DNA from: a virus
Lineage: Duplodnaviria; Caudoviricetes
Strand: one strand, 5' to 3'
IMG/VR virus record: IMGVR_UViG_3300045526_000254
Coordinates: 27,013-91,012 of that record
DNA: 64,000 nucleotides
Each line of letters begins with the position of its first letter. The first letter of the stretch is position 1. Under the pieces are notes generated by a model, which searched no databases, was not told the DNA's origin, and saw only the letters and a list, made by a program, of their open reading frames with translations. Of this stretch, positions 51,019-59,388 are shown piece by piece. The position numbers and the translations under genes were made by a program.

Positions 51019-52737
51019 ATGTCTAGAATTTCGCAAGACTTCATTAATAATATTGGTTATTTGTATGAAGAAATTAATCTTCATCATAATGATTTTCTAA
51101 ACGAAGACTCTGAATATTATGATCAAGAGGCAACAGAAATAGTAGAAGATATTATTTCTACTATTTCTGTATCGATGATTTATGAGGGATATAGTGCAGA
51201 AGGTGTTATTGGATTTCTTGCAGATTCGTCGGAAGAAGAAATTATTGAGAAGTACTTGAGTTTCGATGAGAGTATTCTCACAGAAAGCATAATTTCTGAA
51301 GAGTATATTGAAGAACAATTAGAAATTTTAAACGAAGCATTAGGTGCTCTTTTTAGAGTTGGTAAAGCATTAGTTAAGGGTGCAAAATATGCTAAAGGTG
51401 CTAAAGGTGCTGCACCTTTAGCAAGAATGGCATCTGGATTAAAAAGTGCAGGAACAGCAACTGAAAGAATTGCAAAGCAAGGACCAAAAGCAAGTTCTAT
51501 TGTAAGATCTACTTTTTCAAAAGGAGTTCAAAAAGTAAAAGATATTGCTAAAGGTGCAAAAGCAGCATTAACAAGTCCTACTGCAAAGAAAGTGGCATTA
51601 GGTGCTGCTGGATTGGGTGCTGTTGGTCTTGCTGGAGGTATTGGTGGATACACGGGAGCAAAATTAGCGGGGGCAGGTTCTGGACAAAAAGACGGTGGTA
51701 AATCAACATCATCTGAAACACCATCTTCTACAAAAGATGACTTCTTAAAAGGAAGTTCTCTTGCAAAACTTGGTGGGAAAGAAGGAAGAATTAAAGGTGG
51801 TGAATTTAGAACAATGGCATGGTCTCCAGAGTCTAGAGCAAGATATGCTGCTGCTGCAGGTTCTAGATCTTCTGCAGCACCTTCTGGAGGTAGTTCAGGC
51901 ACCGGAGGTGGCGGCGCTGGTGGTGGTGCAACAACATCTCAAACTGGTGGAAGTGGATCTAGATCGTCTACATCAAGGGCAACACCATCTACACAAACAT
52001 CAACACCGTCATCTAATACATCAAGAACATCAACCGCCGAACCAGATTATTCTACTTGGGCAAAGGCAAATCCAAGTCTTGCGGCAAAAGTAAAACCTGG
52101 TCAAGCAGGTTATGACGTTATTTCTAGCATGAGAGATAAACCAAGTTCATACGAAAAACAAGATCAAACACCAACTCAAGGTTCACCAACTGCACAAATT
52201 GATACAAAATCTGTAGAAGCAGACATGAAAGCAGAGCAGGAAAGAATAAAAAAGAAAATGGAACAACAAAAGAGTGATACTACAACTACTAAAGAATCAT
52301 ACGAACCTTATGATATTCTTTTAGATTATTTGATTGGAAGAGGACACGCTGATACGATCGAAGAGGCAAACTATATTATGTTGGAAATGGATGAATATGC
52401 TATTGGACTGGTTATGGAAGAATATGAAAAATATTTAATTGCTGAAGAAGTTTCGGAATGGGTAGATGGTCTTTTAGAAGAAGGGTATGATCTCTCTGAG
52501 TACACTTGGGATGATATTATCGAGTATTATGTAAATGAAGCAAGAGAAGATGAAGGATTAACACCACTCCAAAAAATTAGAAAAAGAAATAAATCATATG
52601 CTATTCCCGGTGAATCAGCAGGCCAACAAACTTCAAATCGTAGAGCAGAACGTTCATCACGAAGAGGTGTTAAAAAATCAAAAGGAGAAAAAAGTGCTTT
52701 TGGAACCATGAGACATGTTGGTGGTCCATATAAGTAA
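51019..52737 (+). CDS. Late modular protein
   Basis: Late promoter 50981; EGY and EEGYDLSEYTW modules; hydrophobic Gly/Ala segment. Confidence 0.8.
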   Translation: MSRISQDFINNIGYLYEEINLHHNDFLNEDSEYYDQEATEIVEDIISTISVSMIYEGYSAEGVIGFLADSSEEEIIEKYLSFDESILTESIISEEYIEEQLEILNEALGALFRVGKALVKGAKYAKGAKGAAPLARMASGLKSAGTATERIAKQGPKASSIVRSTFSKGVQKVKDIAKGAKAALTSPTAKKVALGAAGLGAVGLAGGIGGYTGAKLAGAGSGQKDGGKSTSSETPSSTKDDFLKGSSLAKLGGKEGRIKGGEFRTMAWSPESRARYAAAAGSRSSAAPSGGSSGTGGGGAGGGATTSQTGGSGSRSSTSRATPSTQTSTPSSNTSRTSTAEPDYSTWAKANPSLAAKVKPGQAGYDVISSMRDKPSSYEKQDQTPTQGSPTAQIDTKSVEADMKAEQERIKKKMEQQKSDTTTTKESYEPYDILLDYLIGRGHADTIEEANYIMLEMDEYAIGLVMEEYEKYLIAEEVSEWVDGLLEEGYDLSEYTWDDIIEYYVNEAREDEGLTPLQKIRKRNKSYAIPGESAGQQTSNRRAERSSRRGVKKSKGEKSAFGTMRHVGGPYK

Positions 52738-52826
52738 CTTAAGAAGATTATAACATAAGTTCAGGGGGGTTGACAAGACCCCCTTTTTATTGCTAGACTA
52801 GGTTTGTCGCCTTTGAAGATGAGGCT

Positions 52827-53252
52827 TTAGCTAAGTTTAGAAGACTTAAGAACCACACCATAAATTCTTTCAGATTCACTCATATAAAAGGTTCCACCAA
52901 TATTCGTATTATAATACTCTTCATTCATTAATACATTACGATTAAATTGTTCATAAGTTTCATAATAACTCATAGATTTCTTATGAGGACAGAGATAAAG
53001 TATTTCACGAAGAAACTTATCCTGTCCTAAAATTTTAATGTCTTCATGTAATTCATCACAAGAACCAAAGTAGTTTCTCCAATCAGATTCTTCTGTTTTT
53101 CTTCTTCCTGTTTTTTTATTTTTTTGTCTAGTCCAGAAGTGTTTTTTACCAATATATTTTTTATCATTTACTAAGTTTGTAATTAAGTAAACAAATCCTT
53201 CCATTCCTTTAGGGACTTCATCAAGTTCTTCACCGTTGTACTGCCATTTCAT
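52827..53252 (-). CDS. GIY-YIG nuclease (Seg-like)
   Basis: GFVYLITN..KKYIGKK, YYNTNIGG. Confidence 0.85.
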   Translation of the reverse strand: MKWQYNGEELDEVPKGMEGFVYLITNLVNDKKYIGKKHFWTRQKNKKTGRRKTEESDWRNYFGSCDELHEDIKILGQDKFLREILYLCPHKKSMSYYETYEQFNRNVLMNEEYYNTNIGGTFYMSESERIYGVVLKSSKLS

Positions 53253-53334
53253 AAGAGTCTTTTATCGGTATTTATGATTGACTCCTCGGAGAGATGTGAT
53301 AGACTTCTAAGAGTTCATCAAATTTCTAAATATT

Positions 53335-53520
53335 ATGGAAACACTAGTGGAAACTCTTCGTCATTCACATAATTGGGCAATTGATCGTATTCATCTTTTG
53401 TGCGAAAAATATGAAGATGAAAATGCCTATGCGATTCAATCTGAATTTAGTGAATGGTTGAATCCTAATATTCCAGAACATGATGTATTTTCATTAGAGT
53501 ACATAGGAGAAAACACATGA
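53335..53520 (+). CDS. Small hypothetical protein
   Basis: 61-aa ORF coupled to the next gene. Confidence 0.6.
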   Translation: METLVETLRHSHNWAIDRIHLLCEKYEDENAYAIQSEFSEWLNPNIPEHDVFSLEYIGENT

Positions 53521-54212
53521 GAATCGATCTTCATAACTTTTTTAAACATTTTGATGAAAATAATCCAAAACATGTTGAGGCAGTAGAAAAACTTGAAAAA
53601 ATACTCGTAGTAAAGGCACCAGAAGAACTTGATGATACTTCTGATTGGGTTAAGACGTTTAGAGTAAAACCATCTATTGCCGGTGTTTTGAATGTTCCTT
53701 TTTATCCGCAAACTGATAATTATAGGGATGCACAAAGAACTTGTAATTCTTCGGCATGTGCGATGTGCCTAGAGTATTTTAAACCGGGCACTCTTCAGGG
53801 AGCAAAAGGCGATGATGCCTATGTTAGAAAAGTATTTGCTGTTGGTGATACAACGGATCATACCGTTCAGACAAAAGTTCTATCATCTTATGGTGTTTCT
53901 TCACGCTTCAGTTACAATCTTGGGTTTGCTGATCTTGATCGTGAGCTTGCCGCTGGGAGACCTGTTGTTATCGGGATCTATCATAGGGGTACTTTATCTG
54001 CACCTTCTGGTGGGCACATGCTTGTAGTCATTGGTAAGAAAGGTGAAGATTATATTGTTAATGATCCTTATGGTTCTTTAAATGATGGTTATACCGGATC
54101 AGTATCGAATGGTAAGGGTGCCGTCTATAAGAAATCTGATCTGACTTATCGTTGGTTGGAAAAAGGTAAAGATAAGACCGGATGGGGACGAATCTTTGAT
54201 ACAAAAAAGTAG
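53517..54212 (+). CDS. C39-like cysteine peptidase (0-frame product of the frameshifted endolysin)
   Basis: Q....CNSSACAM (Cys), GGHMLVV (His), VNDPYG (Asp). Confidence 0.82.
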   Translation: MRIDLHNFFKHFDENNPKHVEAVEKLEKILVVKAPEELDDTSDWVKTFRVKPSIAGVLNVPFYPQTDNYRDAQRTCNSSACAMCLEYFKPGTLQGAKGDDAYVRKVFAVGDTTDHTVQTKVLSSYGVSSRFSYNLGFADLDRELAAGRPVVIGIYHRGTLSAPSGGHMLVVIGKKGEDYIVNDPYGSLNDGYTGSVSNGKGAVYKKSDLTYRWLEKGKDKTGWGRIFDTKK

Positions 54213-54691
54213 ATCGTCCCACTACATCATCATATAGTAGTGGGGTAGAATTAATCAAAGAATTTGAAAGTTGTCATTTAAATGCCTATCCGGATCCAAG
54301 AACTAATAGAGAACCCATCACAATAGGATGGGGAAGTACAAAAGATTTTGACGGATCTCCTTTCAAAATGGGTAGAGTTATTACTCAAAAATATGCCGAT
54401 TCTTTATTTGAGTTTGATTTAAAACATAGATTTTTACCGGTGCTTCAAAAAATTCCATATTGGAATGAAATGAATGAGAATCAACGAGGGGCACTTCTTT
54501 CCTTTGCCTATAACTTAGGTGCTCACTTTTATGGTAGTTCAAACTTCAATACAATAACCAAAGTTCTTAAAAATAAAGAATGGGATAAGGTTCCCGATGC
54601 AATGTATCTCTATCATAATCCGGGAACAAATGTAGAAGGGGGATTAATAAGAAGAAGAATTGCCGAGGGAAATTTATGGAAAAGATTATGA
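54203..54691 (+). CDS. Phage lysozyme (GH24-like) domain, reached by -1 frameshift
   Basis: GVELIKEFESCHLNAYPDP..ITIGWGST, ALLSFAYNLG, GLIRRRIAEG; no start codon before the catalytic region. Confidence 0.8.
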   Translation, partial: KKVDRPTTSSYSSGVELIKEFESCHLNAYPDPRTNREPITIGWGSTKDFDGSPFKMGRVITQKYADSLFEFDLKHRFLPVLQKIPYWNEMNENQRGALLSFAYNLGAHFYGSSNFNTITKVLKNKEWDKVPDAMYLYHNPGTNVEGGLIRRRIAEGNLWKRL

Positions 54692-55024
54692 ATAAGGATT
54701 TGCGATACCTTCATTCAACATTCTTTCATTTACCGTAACAGAATCTCCGATCAGATAAAGAACTCCAAGCATTCTTCCGTATTTGTCTTCTTTTGTTGTT
54801 TGAATGATCCACTCTCCTTCACGGGAGAGTTCTTTTTTTAACCATTCTTTTGCCTCAAGACCTTTTGCTTTTTCTTCAATATTTAAAGTTCTTGTTTCTG
54901 CGGCGTTAATATCTTTAAGACGAATTCTTTGTTTTGTCGTGATACTAAATCCTAAATCTATTTCAAGATCAATAGTATCACCATCAATGATTCGGTTGAT
55001 CCTTTTTATCTTGTACTGATACAT
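54686..55024 (-). CDS. SNase/thermonuclease-like protein
   Basis: IIDGDTID, RIRLKDINAAE, DKYGRMLG. Confidence 0.82.
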   Translation of the reverse strand: MYQYKIKRINRIIDGDTIDLEIDLGFSITTKQRIRLKDINAAETRTLNIEEKAKGLEAKEWLKKELSREGEWIIQTTKEDKYGRMLGVLYLIGDSVTVNERMLNEGIANPYS

Positions 55025-55130
55025 CTTGCATTTCCTCGTATGCCATATTAAGTATGTAGTAAATAACGAAAGCAGTTCCGATTAATCCTATCCATAGGAG
55101 TATAAGTACAGACCAAACTATACCAGTCAT
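54984..55130 (-). CDS. Small membrane protein (48 aa)
   Basis: Hand-translated MTGIVWSVLILLWIGLIGTAFVIYYIL... Confidence 0.5.
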   Translation of the reverse strand: MTGIVWSVLILLWIGLIGTAFVIYYILNMAYEEMQDVSVQDKKDQPNH

Positions 55131-55318
55131 TTTTTTTCTTGTGCGTGAATCCAGGTTTTAAGTTCGTGAAGATATTCTCTTAACATATCCGCTTTTTTTA
55201 AATGCCAAATATCACCACTCTTGAAGTATTCCTGAGTATGATTATCTATTGCTTTTAGAATATTATGTATCGGAGCATTCCAAGGTGCTCGTTCATCAGT
55301 ATTCCATTCTCTTGGCAT
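55127..55318 (-). CDS. Small hypothetical protein
   Basis: 63-aa ORF in a minus-strand mini-operon. Confidence 0.6.
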   Translation of the reverse strand: MPREWNTDERAPWNAPIHNILKAIDNHTQEYFKSGDIWHLKKADMLREYLHELKTWIHAQEKK

Positions 55319-55321
55319 ACA

Positions 55322-55423
55322 TCACTTTTTTTTACCTCCATTTTTTGCTTTTTTAGCAGTCGCATTTCCTTGATTTTGCTTTGATGGTCCTTTCTTGGAC
55401 TTTTTATTTGGTGATTTGGACAT
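55322..55423 (-). CDS. Very basic 33-aa late peptide
   Basis: MSKSPNKKSKKGPSKQ...GGKKK; minus-strand TATAAATA at 55444-55451. Confidence 0.5.
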   Translation of the reverse strand: MSKSPNKKSKKGPSKQNQGNATAKKAKNGGKKK

Positions 55424-55646
55424 TTAGAGGTTCCATAACAATTTATTTATATGTGCCACCTTGAAAACCGAACACTTGACAAAATCTAAATAATCACTTA
55501 TTATGAAAAATCTCTTAGAAGAGATCCCTGTTATGAGCGGGGTTTTATATTATGAGATCTTGAATGAAATTAGAGCCGTGGAGATTGCCCCTTGAGAAGG
55601 GGGATGTGTCCTTTCTCTATACGGATGTAGAGTTCAATTTAATTAA

Positions 55647-56009
55647 ATGCTTTTAAAAACAATTTCAATTTTTGCCATTTTTACCGCAGGATTTGTACCA
55701 CTTAATGCAAATGCCACAACAAGGTGCTCTCTTGCGTCACATTATGGTATTGGTGATGGGTATCATGGACAAACTGCCGCAAATGGAGAGATTTATAATG
55801 CATATGGAATGACTGCGGCACATAAATCTCTTCCTTTTGGGACTAGACTAAGGGTTACTAATCAAGATAATGGTAGATCTGTTGTAGTGAGAATTAATGA
55901 CAGAGGCCCATATATTGCCGGAAGATCCCTTGATTTGTCTTATGGTGCATTTTCCTCTATTGCATCTCCAGGACAAGGAGTTGCTAGAGTTTGTTATAGT
56001 GCGGCATAA
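55647..56009 (+). CDS. RlpA-like (DPBB) lytic transglycosylase with signal peptide
   Basis: [31 protein letters not shown]. Confidence 0.88.
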   Translation: MLLKTISIFAIFTAGFVPLNANATTRCSLASHYGIGDGYHGQTAANGEIYNAYGMTAAHKSLPFGTRLRVTNQDNGRSVVVRINDRGPYIAGRSLDLSYGAFSSIASPGQGVARVCYSAA

Positions 56010-56063
56010 ATTGATGTTAACATGATAAATATGGGAGAGTATTCAAACTCTCCCTTTTTTTAT

Positions 56064-56351
56064 ATGTCAATTAAAGATATACCAAATAATGAAAAGGACA
56101 TTATAGATATTGCAGCTAAAACTGGATATTTAAAAGTAGAAACTGAAATTGGTGAAGTTAAACTTAATTCATATAATGAGATTGAAATTCAACCCAAGGG
56201 AACTCCTTTCGGGGCAAAAGTTAAAGTTGAAGAAAATGGATCTGTTACTCCCACATTAACTTTTGATACTAAAAAACTTAGAGATCCAAAAAAAAATATT
56301 GATCCCGAAAGTATTGTGGATGATGCTCTTAAAGACTTTTGGGAGACTTAA
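56064..56351 (+). CDS. Hypothetical protein
   Basis: ORF after a terminator-like hairpin. Confidence 0.6.
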   Translation: MSIKDIPNNEKDIIDIAAKTGYLKVETEIGEVKLNSYNEIEIQPKGTPFGAKVKVEENGSVTPTLTFDTKKLRDPKKNIDPESIVDDALKDFWET

Positions 56352-56798
56352 ATGTTTAAAATTTTTGAATTAAAAGGAGGAAAGGTATCATTTTTGCCTT
56401 CTTTAGATCCTAAACATTTTAAAGGATTTTTTATCAGTTCAGTTATTATATTAATTGTGATTGGATTATCTTCACTGTTTAAAATTGATGAAAAAGATGT
56501 TTGGAAATTTTATAATCTTTTAATTCAACAATTTGGACTTAAACAACAGATACCAAATATAGATAGAAAACAAGAACTAGATTCTAGAGTTGAAATAGAA
56601 GTTGATAATGCACTTCGTAATGTGGAATCCGAATATAATCGTATTATTATAGAAGCAGACAAAAAATATAAACCAATATATATTGATGAGATTAATGATG
56701 AGACTTTGTGTTATTCTGATGAATGTAAGGCACTTGCTCCACCTATGAGACTTTGTGCTCCTTGGGTTGAAGACTGCATTTCAAAAGATGATAAATAA
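56352..56798 (+). CDS. Membrane-anchored hypothetical protein
   Basis: TM segment; Cys-rich C-terminus. Confidence 0.6.
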   Translation: MFKIFELKGGKVSFLPSLDPKHFKGFFISSVIILIVIGLSSLFKIDEKDVWKFYNLLIQQFGLKQQIPNIDRKQELDSRVEIEVDNALRNVESEYNRIIIEADKKYKPIYIDEINDETLCYSDECKALAPPMRLCAPWVEDCISKDDK

Positions 56799-56830
56799 GT
56801 TATCTTTATTTTGTTTTTTGGAGGATTATT

Positions 56831-57025
56831 ATGTCAACATCACAAGAACTACTTGATGCGATTGAAGCATGGAAAGTAGAAGACGAAAAATTCAACAATG
56901 GTAATGCTTCTGCAGGTACTCGTGCCCGCAAGGCACTTCAGGAAATCGCTAAACTAGTCAAGACTCGTAGGATCGAGATTACTGAAGAAAAGAACGCTCG
57001 CAAGGAAGTAAAAGCAACGGCTTGA
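56831..57025 (+). CDS. Histone H1-like (Hc1-family) small protein
   Basis: GNASAGTRARKALQEI; SD GGAGG. Confidence 0.75.
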   Translation: MSTSQELLDAIEAWKVEDEKFNNGNASAGTRARKALQEIAKLVKTRRIEITEEKNARKEVKATA

Positions 57026-57139
57026 CACCTGGGCGTCGATACCCTATAATACTCTCATAGGCAGCGGGGATCCAAACTTCGCGTAAGACCTGCCCCTCCC
57101 ATGCCTCTCAACGATGCACAAACAGAGAGGGTTCTTTAT

Positions 57140-57213
57140 GGGCTAGTAACTCAGTGGAACAGAGTAACGCTCTTCTAAAGCGTGAGTCGTTGGTTCGAAT
57201 CCAACCTAGCCCG
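57140..57213 (+). tRNA. tRNA-Arg(TCT)
   Basis: GGGCTAG/CTAGCCC; loop CTTCTAA. Confidence 0.92.
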
Positions 57214-57474
57214 TTGGAGTATTATACTCCATATATAAAAGTGATAGAGGGTAAGTCCCTGTTATATCCTTATGAGATATATCACACTTACTCCATCAAA
57301 TCGTAGGAAGTGCAACACCTCTCTCTGGTTAAGACTGGGTGATGTGAAAGGTGATTCTGCCCGCACATAGAAATCCCTCCTACCATCACTTGACAATCCA
57401 AACCAACTCTGGTATGATTGTCTTATGTTAAAGGGTATGATATTATAAATAAATGTATCATACCTTAAAGCAAA

Positions 57475-57828
57475 ATGCCATATAAAAGTAAGGAAGACTA
57501 CAAAAACTGGGAAAAAGGATATCGAAATGGATATCGCCAAAGACCGGAAGTAAAACAAAAGTTATCCGAACAGAGTAAATTGCGACGAGAACGAAATAAA
57601 AATTTTGTTCTTGAAAAAATGACTCCCTGTATTTCATGTGGCGAAAGCGATCCTGTCGTTATTGATTTTCATCACTTAGATGGATCACAAAAAGATAAAG
57701 GCATATCGCAAATGATGAATAGTAGTTATTCATTAAATAAAATTGAAGAAGAGATAAGCAAATGCGTTTGTTTATGTTCTAATTGTCATCGTAAAGTTCA
57801 TGCTGGAACTTTAGAATTGCGGGTGTAG
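57475..57828 (+). CDS. HNH endonuclease (paralog of 61830)
   Basis: CISCGE..DFHHLD..CLCSNCHRKVH. Confidence 0.85.
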   Translation: MPYKSKEDYKNWEKGYRNGYRQRPEVKQKLSEQSKLRRERNKNFVLEKMTPCISCGESDPVVIDFHHLDGSQKDKGISQMMNSSYSLNKIEEEISKCVCLCSNCHRKVHAGTLELRV

Positions 57829-57889
57829 TTTAGAGGTAAAATTCCTGCCTTCCAAGCAGTGGTCACGGGTTCAATTCCCGTCACCCGCT
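57819..57889 (+). tRNA. tRNA-Gly(TCC)
   Basis: GCGGGTG/CACCCGC; loop CTTCCAA. Confidence 0.9.
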
Positions 57890-57942
57890 CTTGACTTTTT
57901 TCCAAAAAAGTCTTATAAATAAAACATACTTGTTAAACAAAA

Positions 57943-58056
57943 ATGACTCGCTTATCGCAAAAACCCCAATTTACATATCCACTCGGTAATATGTCCGATT
58001 GGAATCTTTGTGTGCATATTGCGAGTGAGTCCCCTTCTGCTCTTATGGAAGAATAA
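57943..58056 (+). CDS. Small ORF (37 aa) between a late promoter and a terminator
   Basis: TATAAATA 57914; hairpin plus T run at about 58080-58113. Confidence 0.4.
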   Translation: MTRLSQKPQFTYPLGNMSDWNLCVHIASESPSALMEE

Positions 58057-58241
58057 AAATCTTCAACCATAAAAGCAAAAGGGGAGAGAAACCAAAAGTT
58101 TCCTCCCCTTTTTTGTTGGTTGTGACAGTTTCACAAGTGTCCACCAATCTCCCCCCAGAGACCAAACGGTGGTATTCTAATCAAGTGGTCGAGAGAGACC
58201 ACGCAGAACATCGACAACTTAATATTTATCCTATATTATCT

Positions 58242-58313
58242 GGGTCGTTGGCAGATCGGTTTATGCACCCGGCTTTTAACCGGTAGAGAGAGGTTCAACT
58301 CCTCTACGACCCA
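58242..58313 (+). tRNA. tRNA-Lys(TTT)
   Basis: GGGTCGT/ACGACCC; loop CTTTTAA. Confidence 0.88.
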
Positions 58314-58314
58314 T

Positions 58315-58367
58315 TAGATGATTCAGCAATTTCTTACTTTCTTTTGGGTAGAAAAAACAATCATCTA
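58315..58367 (+). ncRNA. CAGCA hairpin motif, copy 1
   Basis: tagatgatt/aatcatcta 9-bp stem enclosing CAGCAAT. Confidence 0.5.
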
Positions 58368-58372
58368 GTTTT

Positions 58373-58463
58373 GGGAGAGTGGCTACTGTTGGCAATATGT
58401 GTAGTCCGTGTCTGTAAAACACGTACATAGGAACCATCGGGGGTTCGATTCCCTCCTCTCCCA
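58373..58463 (+). tRNA. tRNA-Tyr(GTA)
   Basis: GGGAGAG/CTCTCCC; loop CTGTAAA; enlarged D-loop. Confidence 0.88.
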
Positions 58464-58492
58464 CTTGACAGCATATATAGTGTTGTCTATAA

Positions 58493-58566
58493 CGGAATGT
58501 AGCTCAGTTTGGTAGAGCCCTGGTTTTGGGAACCAGTTGTCGCAGGTTCGAATCCTGTCATTCCGA
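58493..58566 (+). tRNA. tRNA-Pro(TGG)
   Basis: CGGAATG/CATTCCG; loop TTTGGGA. Confidence 0.92.
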
Positions 58567-58637
58567 CTTGAGAATGGTCCACACATTCTCCATTGATGCG
58601 GTTCGACTATACCGCTTTAACAAAATGGTCGCCAAAT

Positions 58638-58710
58638 GGGGTCTTAGCTCAGTTGGTAGAGCGCCTGCTTTGCAAGCAGGATGTCAGGGGTTCGAGTCCC
58701 CTATTCTCCA
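58638..58710 (+). tRNA. tRNA-Ala(TGC), two acceptor mismatches
   Basis: Loop TTTGCAA; G3:U70 present. Confidence 0.85.
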
Positions 58711-58728
58711 TTGGTACTTTATGTACCA

Positions 58729-58845
58729 TAGAAGGAAAAAGATCATGGTTCGAATCCAGATCCAGCACTAATGGAGCCCGTCAGGGGCATTCCCTAACCA
58801 TGGGTTGCGGGGTAGTTTAAGTGGACTAAAAACAGTTTCCTTCTA
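58729..58845 (+). ncRNA. Circularly permuted tRNA-like RNA (YrlA/Y RNA-like candidate)
   Basis: 10-bp closing stem, TTCGAAT T-loop, capped acceptor stem, GG D-loop, in permuted order. Confidence 0.6.
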
Positions 58846-58848
58846 ATT

Positions 58849-58923
58849 GCGGATTTAGTTCAGTGGTAGAACGCAACCTTGCCAAGGTTGATGTCATCGG
58901 TTCAAATCCGATATTCCGCTCCA
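58849..58923 (+). tRNA. tRNA-Gly(GCC), CCA encoded
   Basis: Loop TTGCCAA. Confidence 0.9.
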
Positions 58924-58924
58924 T

Positions 58925-58997
58925 GGCCCATTCGTCTAGTGGTCTAGGACACATGCCTGTCTAGTATGTTACAGGAGTTCGAATCTCCTATGGGTCG
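58925..58997 (+). tRNA. tRNA-Asp(GTC)
   Basis: GGCCCAT/ATGGGTC; loop CTGTCTA. Confidence 0.88.
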
Positions 58998-59112
58998 TCG
59001 TCCCTATACTTTGTCAGTTTTGTATGTGGGCAGTATTGACAAACTGATAGAAATATCATAGTATTATAATCTTCTTATATAAGATGTATAATTAAATAAT
59101 GATATTTCTTAT

Positions 59113-59197
59113 GGAGAGGCAATCCGATTGGCGACGGAAGCGGTCTTGAAAACCGTAGAGTGTAAAAGCCTTGGGGGTTCGACTCCCCCTCTCTCCG
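59113..59197 (+). tRNA. tRNA-Ser(TGA)
   Basis: Loop CTTGAAA; long variable arm. Confidence 0.9.
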
Positions 59198-59263
59198 TTG
59201 GGTTGAGCATCAAGTAAAGACTGAGCAAGACAGAAGATGTTTGAGACTCTCAGTTACCCATAT

Positions 59264-59335
59264 GGTCCTGTCGTCTAATGGTTAGGACGCTGCCCTTTCA
59301 AGGCGGAAACGAGGGTTCAAATCCCTTCGGGACTT
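59264..59335 (+). tRNA. tRNA-Glu(TTC)
   Basis: GGTCCTG/CGGGACT; loop CTTTCAA. Confidence 0.9.
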
Positions 59336-59388
59336 TTCATTTTGGTTCGTTTCCCATATAAATAAAACTATACGGGAGTTGAACTTAA

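Noticed and set aside
58568-58635. Second permuted tRNA-like RNA
   Set aside because: Only small hairpins with a TTCGA-like loop; no D-arm or acceptor pairing
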